A stretch of 62,559 nucleotides of DNA, taken from the IMG/VR virus record IMGVR_UViG_3300020045_018361, positions 1 through 62,559 of that record; one strand, given 5' to 3'. The translations under genes were made by a program, and so were the position numbers. The notes under the pieces are model-generated. The model did no database searches, was not told where the DNA came from, and saw only the letters and a list, made by a program, of their open reading frames with translations. The DNA comes from a virus (Duplodnaviria > Caudoviricetes). This document shows, piece after piece, positions 9,931 through 18,406 of this stretch. Every line of letters begins with the position of its first letter. Positions within the stretch are counted from its first letter, which is position 1.

Positions 9931-11000
9931 TATCTGGTATACCGGCGAATACTCGGCTGAATCCGGAAGGGCGCATGATCCTCTTCCATGCCCATAGCTT
10001 TGTGAAGACCTGTTTGCGCGTCAGTCACAAGCAACTGGTATGAAACCGGATCAGTCAACCCATGTTGAACCCCCGACTTCGTCAGACGTAGAGCCAAATT
10101 ATCTACCACGGCTTCAAGCCAGCGCAGCGGGAAATCAAGGGTGTTCGTGAGAGCCCCTACGTCCATCAATCGACGACGAGCATTGAAGATGATCGACATG
10201 AAATTCAAGTTGGGAACGGGCCAGAGATGAATAACTGGGGCATCGCGCTGGCGATCCCACCAGTAGGACAAGGGCCTTCCCATGAAGGCTTTATTCGGTT
10301 GATTCAGATAGTCGTCTCTGTTCAAATCCCCCATCGGAAGATCTGAATTATTGAACCCGAACAGTAATTGATAGCAATTAATAGTTCCAACAGTAGCTCG
10401 CACACGCCAGTAGCGACGCGCGGTTACGTCGGTTACATCGCGTAAGCACCACTCGCCAGACACCGCGTCGATAACCTCATTTGGGACTACCGTCACCCAA
10501 GTAGAATTGTCGTCGCTGGCCTCCCAGATGAGAGCCAAAGTGGATGATGTGGCCGCAGGGAGATACCCGACCATTGAGAGCGAGAAGTCTGTTCCGAAGT
10601 CATAGACGACATTCCCCAGAGTAGACGTCTGCAGGAAGATGTTCGTCAGTTCTCCGTCAAAGGCGTAGGCGATTGTTCCACCAGCACTCGAAGTTGCAAG
10701 AGTTGAATCATCGGCCCGGGAAACAACGCGCAGAGATGGGTCGCCCAGTTTGTCAACAATACGCGACGGGAGTTCATACCGATATCGTCCCCAATAAATC
10801 GGAAGAATGATCTTTTCGACCGTCCAGAGAGGCAACCCAGAACGTGTAACCGTCTGCATGAACAACCAAAGATCATCCTTGGCTGTCTGGGCTAGTTCAG
10901 CTGTTATTGCCGCAGAGGGAATACGCAGACGCAAGCATGCACGTCGAATGATATCATCGACATTGAAGGTTGTTTGATCATAGGTGCCTGAAACGGTCAA
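9930..11000 (-). CDS. Head-tail adaptor/tubular protein A-like with an inserted discoidin-like domain
   Basis: MTVSGT...DDIIRRA, LNRDDYLNQPNK..GRP..YWWDRQ, WPVP; central AFDG...YDFG...EASDDNSTW...RRYWRV. Confidence 0.65.
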   Translation of the reverse strand: MTVSGTYDQTTFNVDDIIRRACLRLRIPSAAITAELAQTAKDDLWLFMQTVTRSGLPLWTVEKIILPIYWGRYRYELPSRIVDKLGDPSLRVVSRADDSTLATSSAGGTIAYAFDGELTNIFLQTSTLGNVVYDFGTDFSLSMVGYLPAATSSTLALIWEASDDNSTWVTVVPNEVIDAVSGEWCLRDVTDVTARRYWRVRATVGTINCYQLLFGFNNSDLPMGDLNRDDYLNQPNKAFMGRPLSYWWDRQRDAPVIHLWPVPNLNFMSIIFNARRRLMDVGALTNTLDFPLRWLEAVVDNLALRLTKSGVQHGLTDPVSYQLLVTDAQTGLHKAMGMEEDHAPFRIQPSIRRYTR

Positions 11001-11251
11001 CCCTCATTTATCCTTGTTGCCGCAAGATCGTGTACAAGAGAAGACGCCAACCCGAGCATCAGAACACGTGGGCCAGACCACCAATGAACATATTTTTGGC
11101 TAGGCCGGTGTATTGACATTACAAACGCATCTATCTCTCCCCGCTCTGCTTGCTCAAGGGCTTCGCGAAGAATTTCCACAATATCGGTTTTTCGAGTATC
11201 CCATGTTGGGATATCACCTCGAATAGAAACTATTTCGGCGCTCATCTTCAA
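10997..11251 (-). CDS. Hypothetical protein
   Basis: 84-aa ORF with 4-nt overlaps on both sides. Confidence 0.6.
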   Translation of the reverse strand: MKMSAEIVSIRGDIPTWDTRKTDIVEILREALEQAERGEIDAFVMSIHRPSQKYVHWWSGPRVLMLGLASSLVHDLAATRINEG

Positions 11252-11583
11252 TCTACCAAATTCTTCATGCCGCCGCTATTGCGGCGAGTTTGCGCAGCTT
11301 TGCGCGCGGCCATAGAGCGAAGAGGAGAAACATAACCATCACGAGAACCAACCGATGGGGTGTGGACAATTCCGCCCAAAGCTTTGTTTGTTGGTTTCAA
11401 TGCCTCGGCTTTAATCTCTTCGCGCAAAATTGTTTTGACAAGTCGCCGATCCTGCGGAGCATCATCATGTTTGACTTTGCCCCCGCGAACATAGCCCTTG
11501 ACAACAGTTTTACCTGCACTGGCAGAAAAACCTCGATCTTCCGGGAAACGGAAATCGCGAACACGACTTGGGCCTTTGGCCAT
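11248..11583 (-). CDS. Small basic protein with GGxV motifs
   Basis: 111 aa, Lys/Arg-rich, YVRGGKV and KALGGIV; GGAG RBS. Confidence 0.65.
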   Translation of the reverse strand: MAKGPSRVRDFRFPEDRGFSASAGKTVVKGYVRGGKVKHDDAPQDRRLVKTILREEIKAEALKPTNKALGGIVHTPSVGSRDGYVSPLRSMAARKAAQTRRNSGGMKNLVD

Positions 11584-11612
11584 GGCCGAGTCTCCTAGAC
11601 GATGGTTGATGT

Positions 11613-13052
11613 CTAATCTGCCGCGATATCTGGGGCTGACTCCGAATCCTGAGAAGTATTGTACACCAACTCGACCGGAGAATAAACCTTATCCAAGGCA
11701 CGCCCCACAGCATCAAGAACAGCGTCGACTGAGATGGCCGCGGCGCAAACACTGGCGCCGTCAGAGTTTGACGGGCATTCGTCTCCGGAAAAATGAAGCT
11801 TGTGACAAGGAAAAAGTTCGCAGTTCTGCGGTTCAAGAGCCTCGGTATTGACCCAGTGCTTGGTTAGATTTTCCTGAGTCGAGTGACTAAGAAGTACCAC
11901 CTTATGGTTGCGCTGATAGGCGATCGCCCAAAGAACCCCGGTTTCCGGGGCGACAACGACAGAACATTGCTGGGCCCGGGCGTAGGAGACCCGTAGATCC
12001 TCATCCAGGTCATGTTTTACCCGTTCCAAGGCAGATTTACCGGCGATATTAGAAACCTGCTCCAGCACCTTAGAAATCAGCTTCTTGTCGCGATCCCCGC
12101 CGCCCATCAAATGAATAGTGAGCTGCGGGTAACTCAGCAACAAGCGAGCGAGGGCAATTCCTTGATAGGGCCATATCTTATGGTCTGTAGAGCCTGCAAG
12201 AGCCCAGCCAAGATTAATTCCTGGGGGCATAATCACCAAGCTTTTCTCATGCTCCGTGGGAAAAAAACCGAGACATCCCGGCTCATGGCTCAATTCTGCA
12301 ATTGAGGATGTAAGTTCTTCGTAGTTGATGTTTGCTACTGAATGGCGCGCAGCCTTAGGCCAGTGAAACCACCCATTCTTCGAGCCAGAAAGCAACATCC
12401 CCTCGACAGATTCGTTGAGATAAATCAAGCGCTTAAAGCGAGGAACAAAAGTCGTCGTCATCAGCCCGAAAGCTTCATCGCCATAGCGGTGACGCTCAAA
12501 AACGAGTAAACGATCTATGCTCGGATTGTTTTGCAAAACCTTCCCCGCATTTTCGCTTACTAGATAAGTGATGTGACGTTCAGGATCAGCTTTTTTCAAA
12601 CGTCCGGCGGCATAAGAAGCGAGCAAACCATCGCCAAAACCACCCGTGCGAATGACCAAAACATCACGGGTTTGCTGCTCCAATGGTTCATAGACTTGCC
12701 CGTTGACTGGAATCTTCATCACCGCGGCAAACCAATGGGAGGGACGGTTCGGAATAGCCGGCACATCGTCCAAACAACGCCAGGCGGGGTGGCGTAAGAT
12801 GTATTGACCAAAGCGTTGCCGAGAAAAAACGTTGGAATCGGCTGATACGGCCAATACCCCGTTCATTGAAAGACGCGACCATATTTGATCAAGTAGATTT
12901 TCTGAATTTTGTTGCCGCGACCAAGCCTCTCCCACATAGGCATGGTCGAGCTGGCCAACTTGAAAATCATCTAAGGTATGCGGGGCGTAGAACCCTACGC
13001 CCCGCAGCCAAGGCAGCGCCAGCGTGAAGCCGGCGTCAATATGCGCAACCAA
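11613..13052 (-). CDS. Glycosyltransferase family 9 (RfaF/heptosyltransferase-like) with a possible degenerate methyltransferase-like N-terminus
   Basis: LVIRTGGFGDGLL, LQNNPSID, GSTDHKIWP, VVVAPETGVL, C-terminal CFPCH-like Cys cluster. Confidence 0.8.
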   Translation of the reverse strand: MVAHIDAGFTLALPWLRGVGFYAPHTLDDFQVGQLDHAYVGEAWSRQQNSENLLDQIWSRLSMNGVLAVSADSNVFSRQRFGQYILRHPAWRCLDDVPAIPNRPSHWFAAVMKIPVNGQVYEPLEQQTRDVLVIRTGGFGDGLLASYAAGRLKKADPERHITYLVSENAGKVLQNNPSIDRLLVFERHRYGDEAFGLMTTTFVPRFKRLIYLNESVEGMLLSGSKNGWFHWPKAARHSVANINYEELTSSIAELSHEPGCLGFFPTEHEKSLVIMPPGINLGWALAGSTDHKIWPYQGIALARLLLSYPQLTIHLMGGGDRDKKLISKVLEQVSNIAGKSALERVKHDLDEDLRVSYARAQQCSVVVAPETGVLWAIAYQRNHKVVLLSHSTQENLTKHWVNTEALEPQNCELFPCHKLHFSGDECPSNSDGASVCAAAISVDAVLDAVGRALDKVYSPVELVYNTSQDSESAPDIAAD

Positions 13053-13061
13053 GGGCCGCTC

Positions 13062-13808
13062 CTAAACCTGTGTTACCCCGTAGATAGAGGTAGCTGTGGC
13101 GTTGGGTCCAATTTGTGCTTCGCTCGCGAACATCTGGACAATAAGTTTGCGAGTGCCGTTAGCTGTTCCGGCAGTCCCCGGGGTCATCTTGCCCCGAACA
13201 CTTCCGGTAGATCCAGTCGCGGGAGATGTCTGGTCCGCGGTCGTAACGGTTTCAACTGTGGCGCCGTTGAAATAGGCCGAGGTCAAATAACCCCGATCAT
13301 TAAGCGCTAAGTTCAAGCCGAAGACGTCCGCGGTTTGTGCCGTGACTGGGTTAGCTGTTCCGCTGACTGAAATAGACTGGACAGCGCGCATGGTTTTGAG
13401 GAAGTTGCTCGTATTGCTTCCAGTACCGCCTGTAGCCCCCAAAGCTGTGGCGGTCAAAGCCCGACCGTAGTTATCATACCCAGTCGCCACGAAGGTGACC
13501 CCGGTAAGATCAGCCGTTGAGACAATGCTGAGAGCTCGTTCGCAATCGAGCAGATATATAGACGAACCGTTGGGGTGGGTCGTTCCAACCACGGACGAAC
13601 CGTTGGCTGCCAGGGTGATATTCCCAGCTGCCGCGATGTTCGCTGTGGTAGCAAGCGCAGCAATAGCCGCCGGAACAAGTTCTTGCAAGTAGCCACGTCC
13701 GAGCCCACTCACGCCGAAAGCGTTCTTGGGCCCGTTTTGGTTTTCATCCCAAACGCGGCGTTGCAGAGGAACAGAGCCCAACGCGAGGTAGTCAGAAAAC
13801 TGAGTCAT
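13062..13808 (-). CDS. Head decoration/minor structural protein
   Basis: 248 aa, Thr/Ala/Gly-rich, directly after the capsid gene; resembles 33371-34066. Confidence 0.6.
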   Translation of the reverse strand: MTQFSDYLALGSVPLQRRVWDENQNGPKNAFGVSGLGRGYLQELVPAAIAALATTANIAAAGNITLAANGSSVVGTTHPNGSSIYLLDCERALSIVSTADLTGVTFVATGYDNYGRALTATALGATGGTGSNTSNFLKTMRAVQSISVSGTANPVTAQTADVFGLNLALNDRGYLTSAYFNGATVETVTTADQTSPATGSTGSVRGKMTPGTAGTANGTRKLIVQMFASEAQIGPNATATSIYGVTQV

Positions 13809-13830
13809 GTCGATTCCTCGTGCTGTGAGG

Positions 13831-13858
13831 GTCGGGTTTGACTGTAGCCAAACCCGAC
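13831..13858. other. 10-bp stem-loop downstream of the capsid gene (stabiliser or attenuator)
   Basis: GTCGGGTTTG-N8-CAAACCCGAC; no U-tract on the coding strand. Confidence 0.5.
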
Positions 13859-13865
13859 GCCTCGA

Positions 13866-14783
13866 TCAGAGCCCTGCGGTGCCCCAAACGGTACGCGGGT
13901 CGGTCCAGCCGGGGACGTATCGCTCGGTGGATTTGTAACGCATGGAGTCGGTTTCGAAATCACCCTCCATGGACTTGTCCAGCTTGCGGCGCATCATCAG
14001 CTTGAGACCGTCCGTAACGTTTCCGTTCTGAACCCACCAGGCCGTTGAGCTAGTCAGGCGGGTCATGACCTTCGCGCCGTCAGCAAGCATATCCTTGCTC
14101 TTGACCGGGTTGATGTCATTGTTCGCCGTGCCCGTGCGCAACACCGACTTGATCAGCACCTCAGCCTGGAATACGTTGGCCGGGGACACGATCAAGTGGT
14201 TAGGGTTCAGCCGGATCTTCTTGCCGTTGTTGTCGACGGCAGAATAGATCTGGACTAGCATCGCCTCGAGACTCGTTTGCGACAGGGCGGCCGCCGTCGA
14301 CAGCTGATTCGAGAACGTGCCTGCGGCAATTGGGTGCGCAGTGCTCACCAAGGACACCCCGTCACCGCCCGTATACGACCCGTTGAAGGCTCGGTTCAGA
14401 ATATTGGCTGTGAGAGTTTCCTTGGTCTCGATCATCGACTGCGCGAGATGCCGCGAGTAGGTTTGCCCAATAGCGATATGATCGCCATCTTCGGCAAGTA
14501 CTCGGGTAATCGCGAAAGCCAGCCCGTAGACCTTATAGAGGTAGCGCTGAATGAACAGCGTTCCGCCACTCTGGTAGGTAACGGGCATGCCGTCGGGCAG
14601 CTCAGGAGCCGCGCCGAAGCCGTAGAGCACCGGTTCCTCGTGGTAATTGCGGGGAATGCCGGATTGCTCCTTGAAAATACCCTTCCACTCGTCGGCCCGC
14701 TGATCATAGATGCCATTGAAGGCTTCGTTCATGATCGGTTCAACGATAGCGCGGAAGTCAGTACTCCGCATCGGAATTGCCAT
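13866..14783 (-). CDS. Major capsid protein
   Basis: 305 aa; GFGAAP..PDG, YGLAFAIT, ANILNRAF...GGDGVSL..TAHP, EGDFETDSMRYK..ERY..GWTDPR; strongly biased codon use. Confidence 0.88.
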   Translation of the reverse strand: MAIPMRSTDFRAIVEPIMNEAFNGIYDQRADEWKGIFKEQSGIPRNYHEEPVLYGFGAAPELPDGMPVTYQSGGTLFIQRYLYKVYGLAFAITRVLAEDGDHIAIGQTYSRHLAQSMIETKETLTANILNRAFNGSYTGGDGVSLVSTAHPIAAGTFSNQLSTAAALSQTSLEAMLVQIYSAVDNNGKKIRLNPNHLIVSPANVFQAEVLIKSVLRTGTANNDINPVKSKDMLADGAKVMTRLTSSTAWWVQNGNVTDGLKLMMRRKLDKSMEGDFETDSMRYKSTERYVPGWTDPRTVWGTAGL

Positions 14784-14796
14784 TGCTCAGATCTCC

Positions 14797-15372
14797 TTAC
14801 AACGCCACTTTGTTGGCGACGTACTGGTGCTCGGCGATCTGAACCTGAACGACGGTAAAGGCGTCGCCCCAAGCGTTGTCGATGGCCATGTCGAGACCGA
14901 CGATGCGCAACTGCCCCTGATTACCCGAACCAGTGAGCGTTGCGTTGAGCTGCGCTCCACTGATACCGGTACTCGTGGAGCCCGCGGTAACCGTCGTGAA
15001 ATTGCCTTGGTCGCCGATCGCTGTTTGTGCGACTGCTCCCGAGGCTTGGATCCTGTAGACAATAGCGGGGTCATCCCAGATATAGGCTGTCATAGTACCA
15101 GTATATGTCTGTCCAGAACCCCAGTAGGGGGAGACAACAGGACGTTGGGTGACTGGATCGGTGTATTCCACGCCGGCCAGAGCACCCTGGATATTATCCG
15201 TGGCATTGGCAGCGAGGTTCAGGTACCCGGTCGTAAGCCAGAAAACCGGGGACCCTTTGTAGATGTTCGTCCCGTAGCCGGAGCTAATGCCGTTTGGGTA
15301 GGCACGGGGGTGCACTTGCCCAGACGGATGATAGCTGGCATCGAGACCGAACGGCGCGGTGGTCGCAACCAT
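14797..15372 (-). CDS. Capsid-associated (cement/decoration) protein
   Basis: APFGL...ISSGYGTNIYKG.PV...DDPAIVY.IQ; immediately upstream of the capsid gene. Confidence 0.65.
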   Translation of the reverse strand: MVATTAPFGLDASYHPSGQVHPRAYPNGISSGYGTNIYKGSPVFWLTTGYLNLAANATDNIQGALAGVEYTDPVTQRPVVSPYWGSGQTYTGTMTAYIWDDPAIVYRIQASGAVAQTAIGDQGNFTTVTAGSTSTGISGAQLNATLTGSGNQGQLRIVGLDMAIDNAWGDAFTVVQVQIAEHQYVANKVAL

Positions 15373-15383
15373 CTAAGGTCTCC

Positions 15384-15929
15384 TCATGTGGCGTTGAAGT
15401 TCGGTGGGCGAGCATATTGCCGGATCTGCGCAGAACCCTGCTCGACGACGATCTTGCCCTTATGATAGGCAGCGCCGGCCTGTAGCTGGTCCATCGTATC
15501 CTGCAGCTTTTGTTCCTCCTCGAGGGGAGAATCATGGTGAACGGCCATCATATACGCTTGGTAGAGCCGTTCTGGAATCTTGAAAGCGACCATCTCATTG
15601 ACGGAGATGAAACCAGCCATTTCGCCATCTTTGGAACGAATGTGTTCGAAACCGGGGATATCTTCCGGGGTAACGGGTTCGTACCCAACTTGACGGCGCT
15701 GCGCAAGATTGTCTCGTGGGTTTGTCGTTGTCAGCCAACAGACGTGATATCCGGGAATTGGTGGAAGATTCGGCAGAGAGGTGCGAAACAACGTATCTCT
15801 AAACATCTGCATGCGAATTTCATCACCCGGCTCTAAGCCACGCTCGCCGCCGCGTGCCTCGCGAGCCTCGGCGGCGCGATCTGCCCGGTCCAAATTATCG
15901 CGAGCACTCTTAATACGTTCGTCGACCAT
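15384..15929 (-). CDS. Head-module protein of unknown function
   Basis: LPPIPGYHVCWLTTTN...GYEPV...VNEMVAFKIP. Confidence 0.7.
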   Translation of the reverse strand: MVDERIKSARDNLDRADRAAEAREARGGERGLEPGDEIRMQMFRDTLFRTSLPNLPPIPGYHVCWLTTTNPRDNLAQRRQVGYEPVTPEDIPGFEHIRSKDGEMAGFISVNEMVAFKIPERLYQAYMMAVHHDSPLEEEQKLQDTMDQLQAGAAYHKGKIVVEQGSAQIRQYARPPNFNAT

Positions 15930-16927
15930 CAGCGTGCTCCTGCTTGTTGCGCGTCATATTCGCGATAGTGCTTAATCATGCGCGCACGCTGCTCCGGATC
16001 ATCCCAATACCCAGCTTGCTTCATAGCCTCAATGCGCGGGGCCGCGAGTGGATCTGGCGCACCCCCTCGAGGCGTCGCTCCGCCCGGCCCACTAACCGGC
16101 GGACCACGACGCCCAGTGGAGGTCGCTTTATCTGTGGCAAATCGATGTGGCAAAGATTCCTTGACTTGTTCGCGGAGTTCTTCCCAGTAATCCGGAGTAC
16201 GCGGATCATACCCCTGGGATGTAAGCCGGACATCGATCATACTGACAAGCTTTGAATCACGATCGCCGCCGTTAAGATCATACCACGGGTGATCTTTCAT
16301 AAAAGTTGTTCCGTGGTCAATAACTTCGGGCGGAATGTCTGGTTGAACGTGCTGAGGTTGGGGACGCGGTGCGGGTTGCCGCTGCATTTCTTGCGCAGCG
16401 GCAGCGACTTGATTGCGTCGGGCCTCGATCGCACGAGCTTCCTCTAGTGCCTGGTCTCGGTCGGCCATAGCCTGTGTCGCAGCTGGACCATCGGAATTAC
16501 TAATCGCTGCGGCGTAACGGCGTTCGGCCGCCTGGAAACGTCCACGAACTTGAGCAAATTGCGCATCAAGGCCTTCTGCCGCTGCGCCGATCGTGTGTGC
16601 GCGCCCCTGAGCCACGAGCCCTTCAGCGCGAGCAACGCGCGCCTCAAGTTCAGCAATACGTTGTTCAGAACGCTCGCGCGCTTGACGTTGGCGCTCGCGT
16701 CTTTGGCGATTTTGGCTTTGACTAAACCGAGGATCTTCGGAACCATCGTCTGCAACTCGAGTAGGCTCAATTCTTGGCTTGACGTCGACGGACGAGCTCC
16801 GATCCGATCCGCCACCGGAGGGGGGAGAACCTCCTTCAGCGGGCGTCTCAAAGAGCTTGACATCCTCGACCGTAACCGGGATGTCCCCGCCACCGACGTC
16901 AATCTGTTGGTCTGCAGAGCCACTCAT
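15929..16927 (-). CDS. Capsid scaffolding protein (putative)
   Basis: Coiled-coil core, HPWYD...GYDPRTPDYWEEL, C-terminal AMKQAGYWDDP; position. Confidence 0.65.
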   Translation of the reverse strand: MSGSADQQIDVGGGDIPVTVEDVKLFETPAEGGSPPSGGGSDRSSSVDVKPRIEPTRVADDGSEDPRFSQSQNRQRRERQRQARERSEQRIAELEARVARAEGLVAQGRAHTIGAAAEGLDAQFAQVRGRFQAAERRYAAAISNSDGPAATQAMADRDQALEEARAIEARRNQVAAAAQEMQRQPAPRPQPQHVQPDIPPEVIDHGTTFMKDHPWYDLNGGDRDSKLVSMIDVRLTSQGYDPRTPDYWEELREQVKESLPHRFATDKATSTGRRGPPVSGPGGATPRGGAPDPLAAPRIEAMKQAGYWDDPEQRARMIKHYREYDAQQAGAR

Positions 16928-17394
16928 GTCGGAGCCCTCCCAACCACATAGGCTTTGATCAAGCGTGGATCTACTCCGTGCTTCAATCGAGCCCGAATCT
17001 CATGATCTTTGAACAGCGCGAATAGGGCCTTTCCCTTCGCGTCGCGCCCAAGATCAACTTCCCAACGATCACCGCCATACAGCGGAATGCGCACATAATC
17101 CCCGACCTTGCACCAAGACCCCTCAGGCCAGGGCTCAAGAGTCGAGCGATTCATGAAAGCTACGGGGCCGACACCCACGACACAAGCGATTTGCTGATTC
17201 CAATACTCCGTATCTACCGAGTCGTCGGAAAGAAGAATACCCCCCTCGGTTTGATTGCGCGGGGATCTGATTTGAACAAGCACGTCGGAGCCAGTAGGCT
17301 CCATCAACGGATCAGCCTCCGGGAAAGGATCATAAACAACCCTCGGCGGAAAAATAATCCGCGAGATTCCAGTAATCACCTCAGCTTCACTCAA
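16924..17394 (-). CDS. groES: GroES-like co-chaperonin
   Basis: PTGSDVLVQ...TEGGILL...VVGVGP...CKVGDYV...LFKDHEIRA; TTG start after GAGGAG. Confidence 0.8.
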   Translation of the reverse strand: MSEAEVITGISRIIFPPRVVYDPFPEADPLMEPTGSDVLVQIRSPRNQTEGGILLSDDSVDTEYWNQQIACVVGVGPVAFMNRSTLEPWPEGSWCKVGDYVRIPLYGGDRWEVDLGRDAKGKALFALFKDHEIRARLKHGVDPRLIKAYVVGRAPT

Positions 17395-17398
17395 GTGC

Positions 17399-17572
17399 CT
17401 ACTCCTCGTTGCCGCGGACGAGTTTCTCAAACAAAGTCAACGCGGCCTTGAGTCCCTGATAATGACCAGATAATCTGATCATCATCTCCGGGGGCAACGT
17501 CTTGCTCAGAGTCTCGTGCGCAAGTTTATCCATATCGCGCTTCAGGTCTCTCAAGAAGAGCTCTTCGATCAT
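17399..17572 (-). CDS. Small head-module protein (57 aa, absent from the ORF track)
   Basis: Manual translation MIEELFLRDLK...GHYQGLKAAL...; GAGGT RBS. Confidence 0.7.
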   Translation of the reverse strand: MIEELFLRDLKRDMDKLAHETLSKTLPPEMMIRLSGHYQGLKAALTLFEKLVRGNEE

Positions 17573-17602
17573 ATTACCTCAAAGCATGAAGATAAGTAAA
17601 TA

Positions 17603-18171
17603 CGAAAGATTCGACAGTGGGTCAGTTTCGGCCGCCCCAGAAAAACTTCCTATCTTGAAGCGGAGCCGAGTCGTACCATACTGTCCCCAGGACAACCAAG
17701 CGTCTCCCCCCGCCCGCGCGATCCGATCCAACTTGAAAAGCTCCTGGTCGATATTGCGGCCGGTCAGGTTGAAAATGTGGCTGTATAAAGTGGCGCCAAG
17801 GGTCGTCTCGTCCACGCCTCTTCGAAGCGTAGAAATAGCAACGCCCAGGGCGCTAACCCTGGGTGTTGTCTCCATGAGGCCCGGAAGCTGAACTGGAAGC
17901 CTTGATCAGGGGCGCACAGCAGCCGATTTGTAATCGGTAGAGTGAAGGTTCGAATCCCTCCCGGGCCGTCACATACAAAATAGCTACCGATGCCCGGCAG
18001 GACTTTCGTAAGCCACTCTGTCGAAGAGAGTTTCTCAGAAATTTTATCCACTATAGCATATTTTCCTGCAACTAAGGAGCGCATCAAATTGATTTGAGCA
18101 TGGTTATCGTTTTGGAAGAATGGGAAAACGATCAGCCCAAGAATCGAAAGTGACCCACTACCAAAGATTCT
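17603..18171 (+). ncRNA. Candidate large structured RNA enclosing a tRNA-like domain
   Basis: Fills the ~600-nt gap between late genes; long-range pairings 17616-24/18151-59, 17742-46/17998-18002, 17777-84/17980-87 and several hairpins; G-U pairs fit the + strand. Confidence 0.5.
17878..17971 (+). tRNA. tRNA-Thr(UGU)-like cloverleaf with enlarged D-loop; no encoded CCA
   Basis: GGCCCGG/CCGGGCC acceptor, GCTG/CAGC D-stem, GCCGA-TTTGTAA-TCGGT anticodon arm, GAAGG-TTCGAAT-CCCTC T-arm. Confidence 0.8.
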
Positions 18172-18406
18172 AACAAACCTTGCCACCCTTTTTCATGCCA
18201 GAAACCCTCTCACCCATGGCCATACGTTTGTGCTGATTGACCGCACCACCCGCGGCCATCCCGATAGGACCCGGGTGAACAGACGGAGGCGGAATGGCTT
18301 TGGAACCACGCGAGGTAGCCTTGCCCGGAGGAGTTGCTCCAGAAGCTGCGGCGTGAGTCGGGCGCATTGTTCGAGCGCGAGACGGCCCAGAAGTAGGTTT
18401 CATCAT
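18170..18406 (-). CDS. Small basic protein with two GGxV motifs
   Basis: MAAGGAV and MKKGGKV; overlaps the portal stop. Confidence 0.65.
   Translation of the reverse strand: MMKPTSGPSRARTMRPTHAAASGATPPGKATSRGSKAIPPPSVHPGPIGMAAGGAVNQHKRMAMGERVSGMKKGGKVC

Noticed and set aside
17600-18170. tmRNA, RNase P RNA or group I intron identity (GATTCGAC on +, GAAAGTCC on -)
   Set aside because: Only isolated short matches; no Ala-type acceptor with CCA, no complete P4 or P7 partner found by eye.
17579-18186. Minus-strand ORFs 17579-17875 and 17764-18186 as proteins
   Set aside because: They overlap each other, have no recognisable motifs, and the longer one runs antisense through a well-formed tRNA cloverleaf. 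Not fully excluded.
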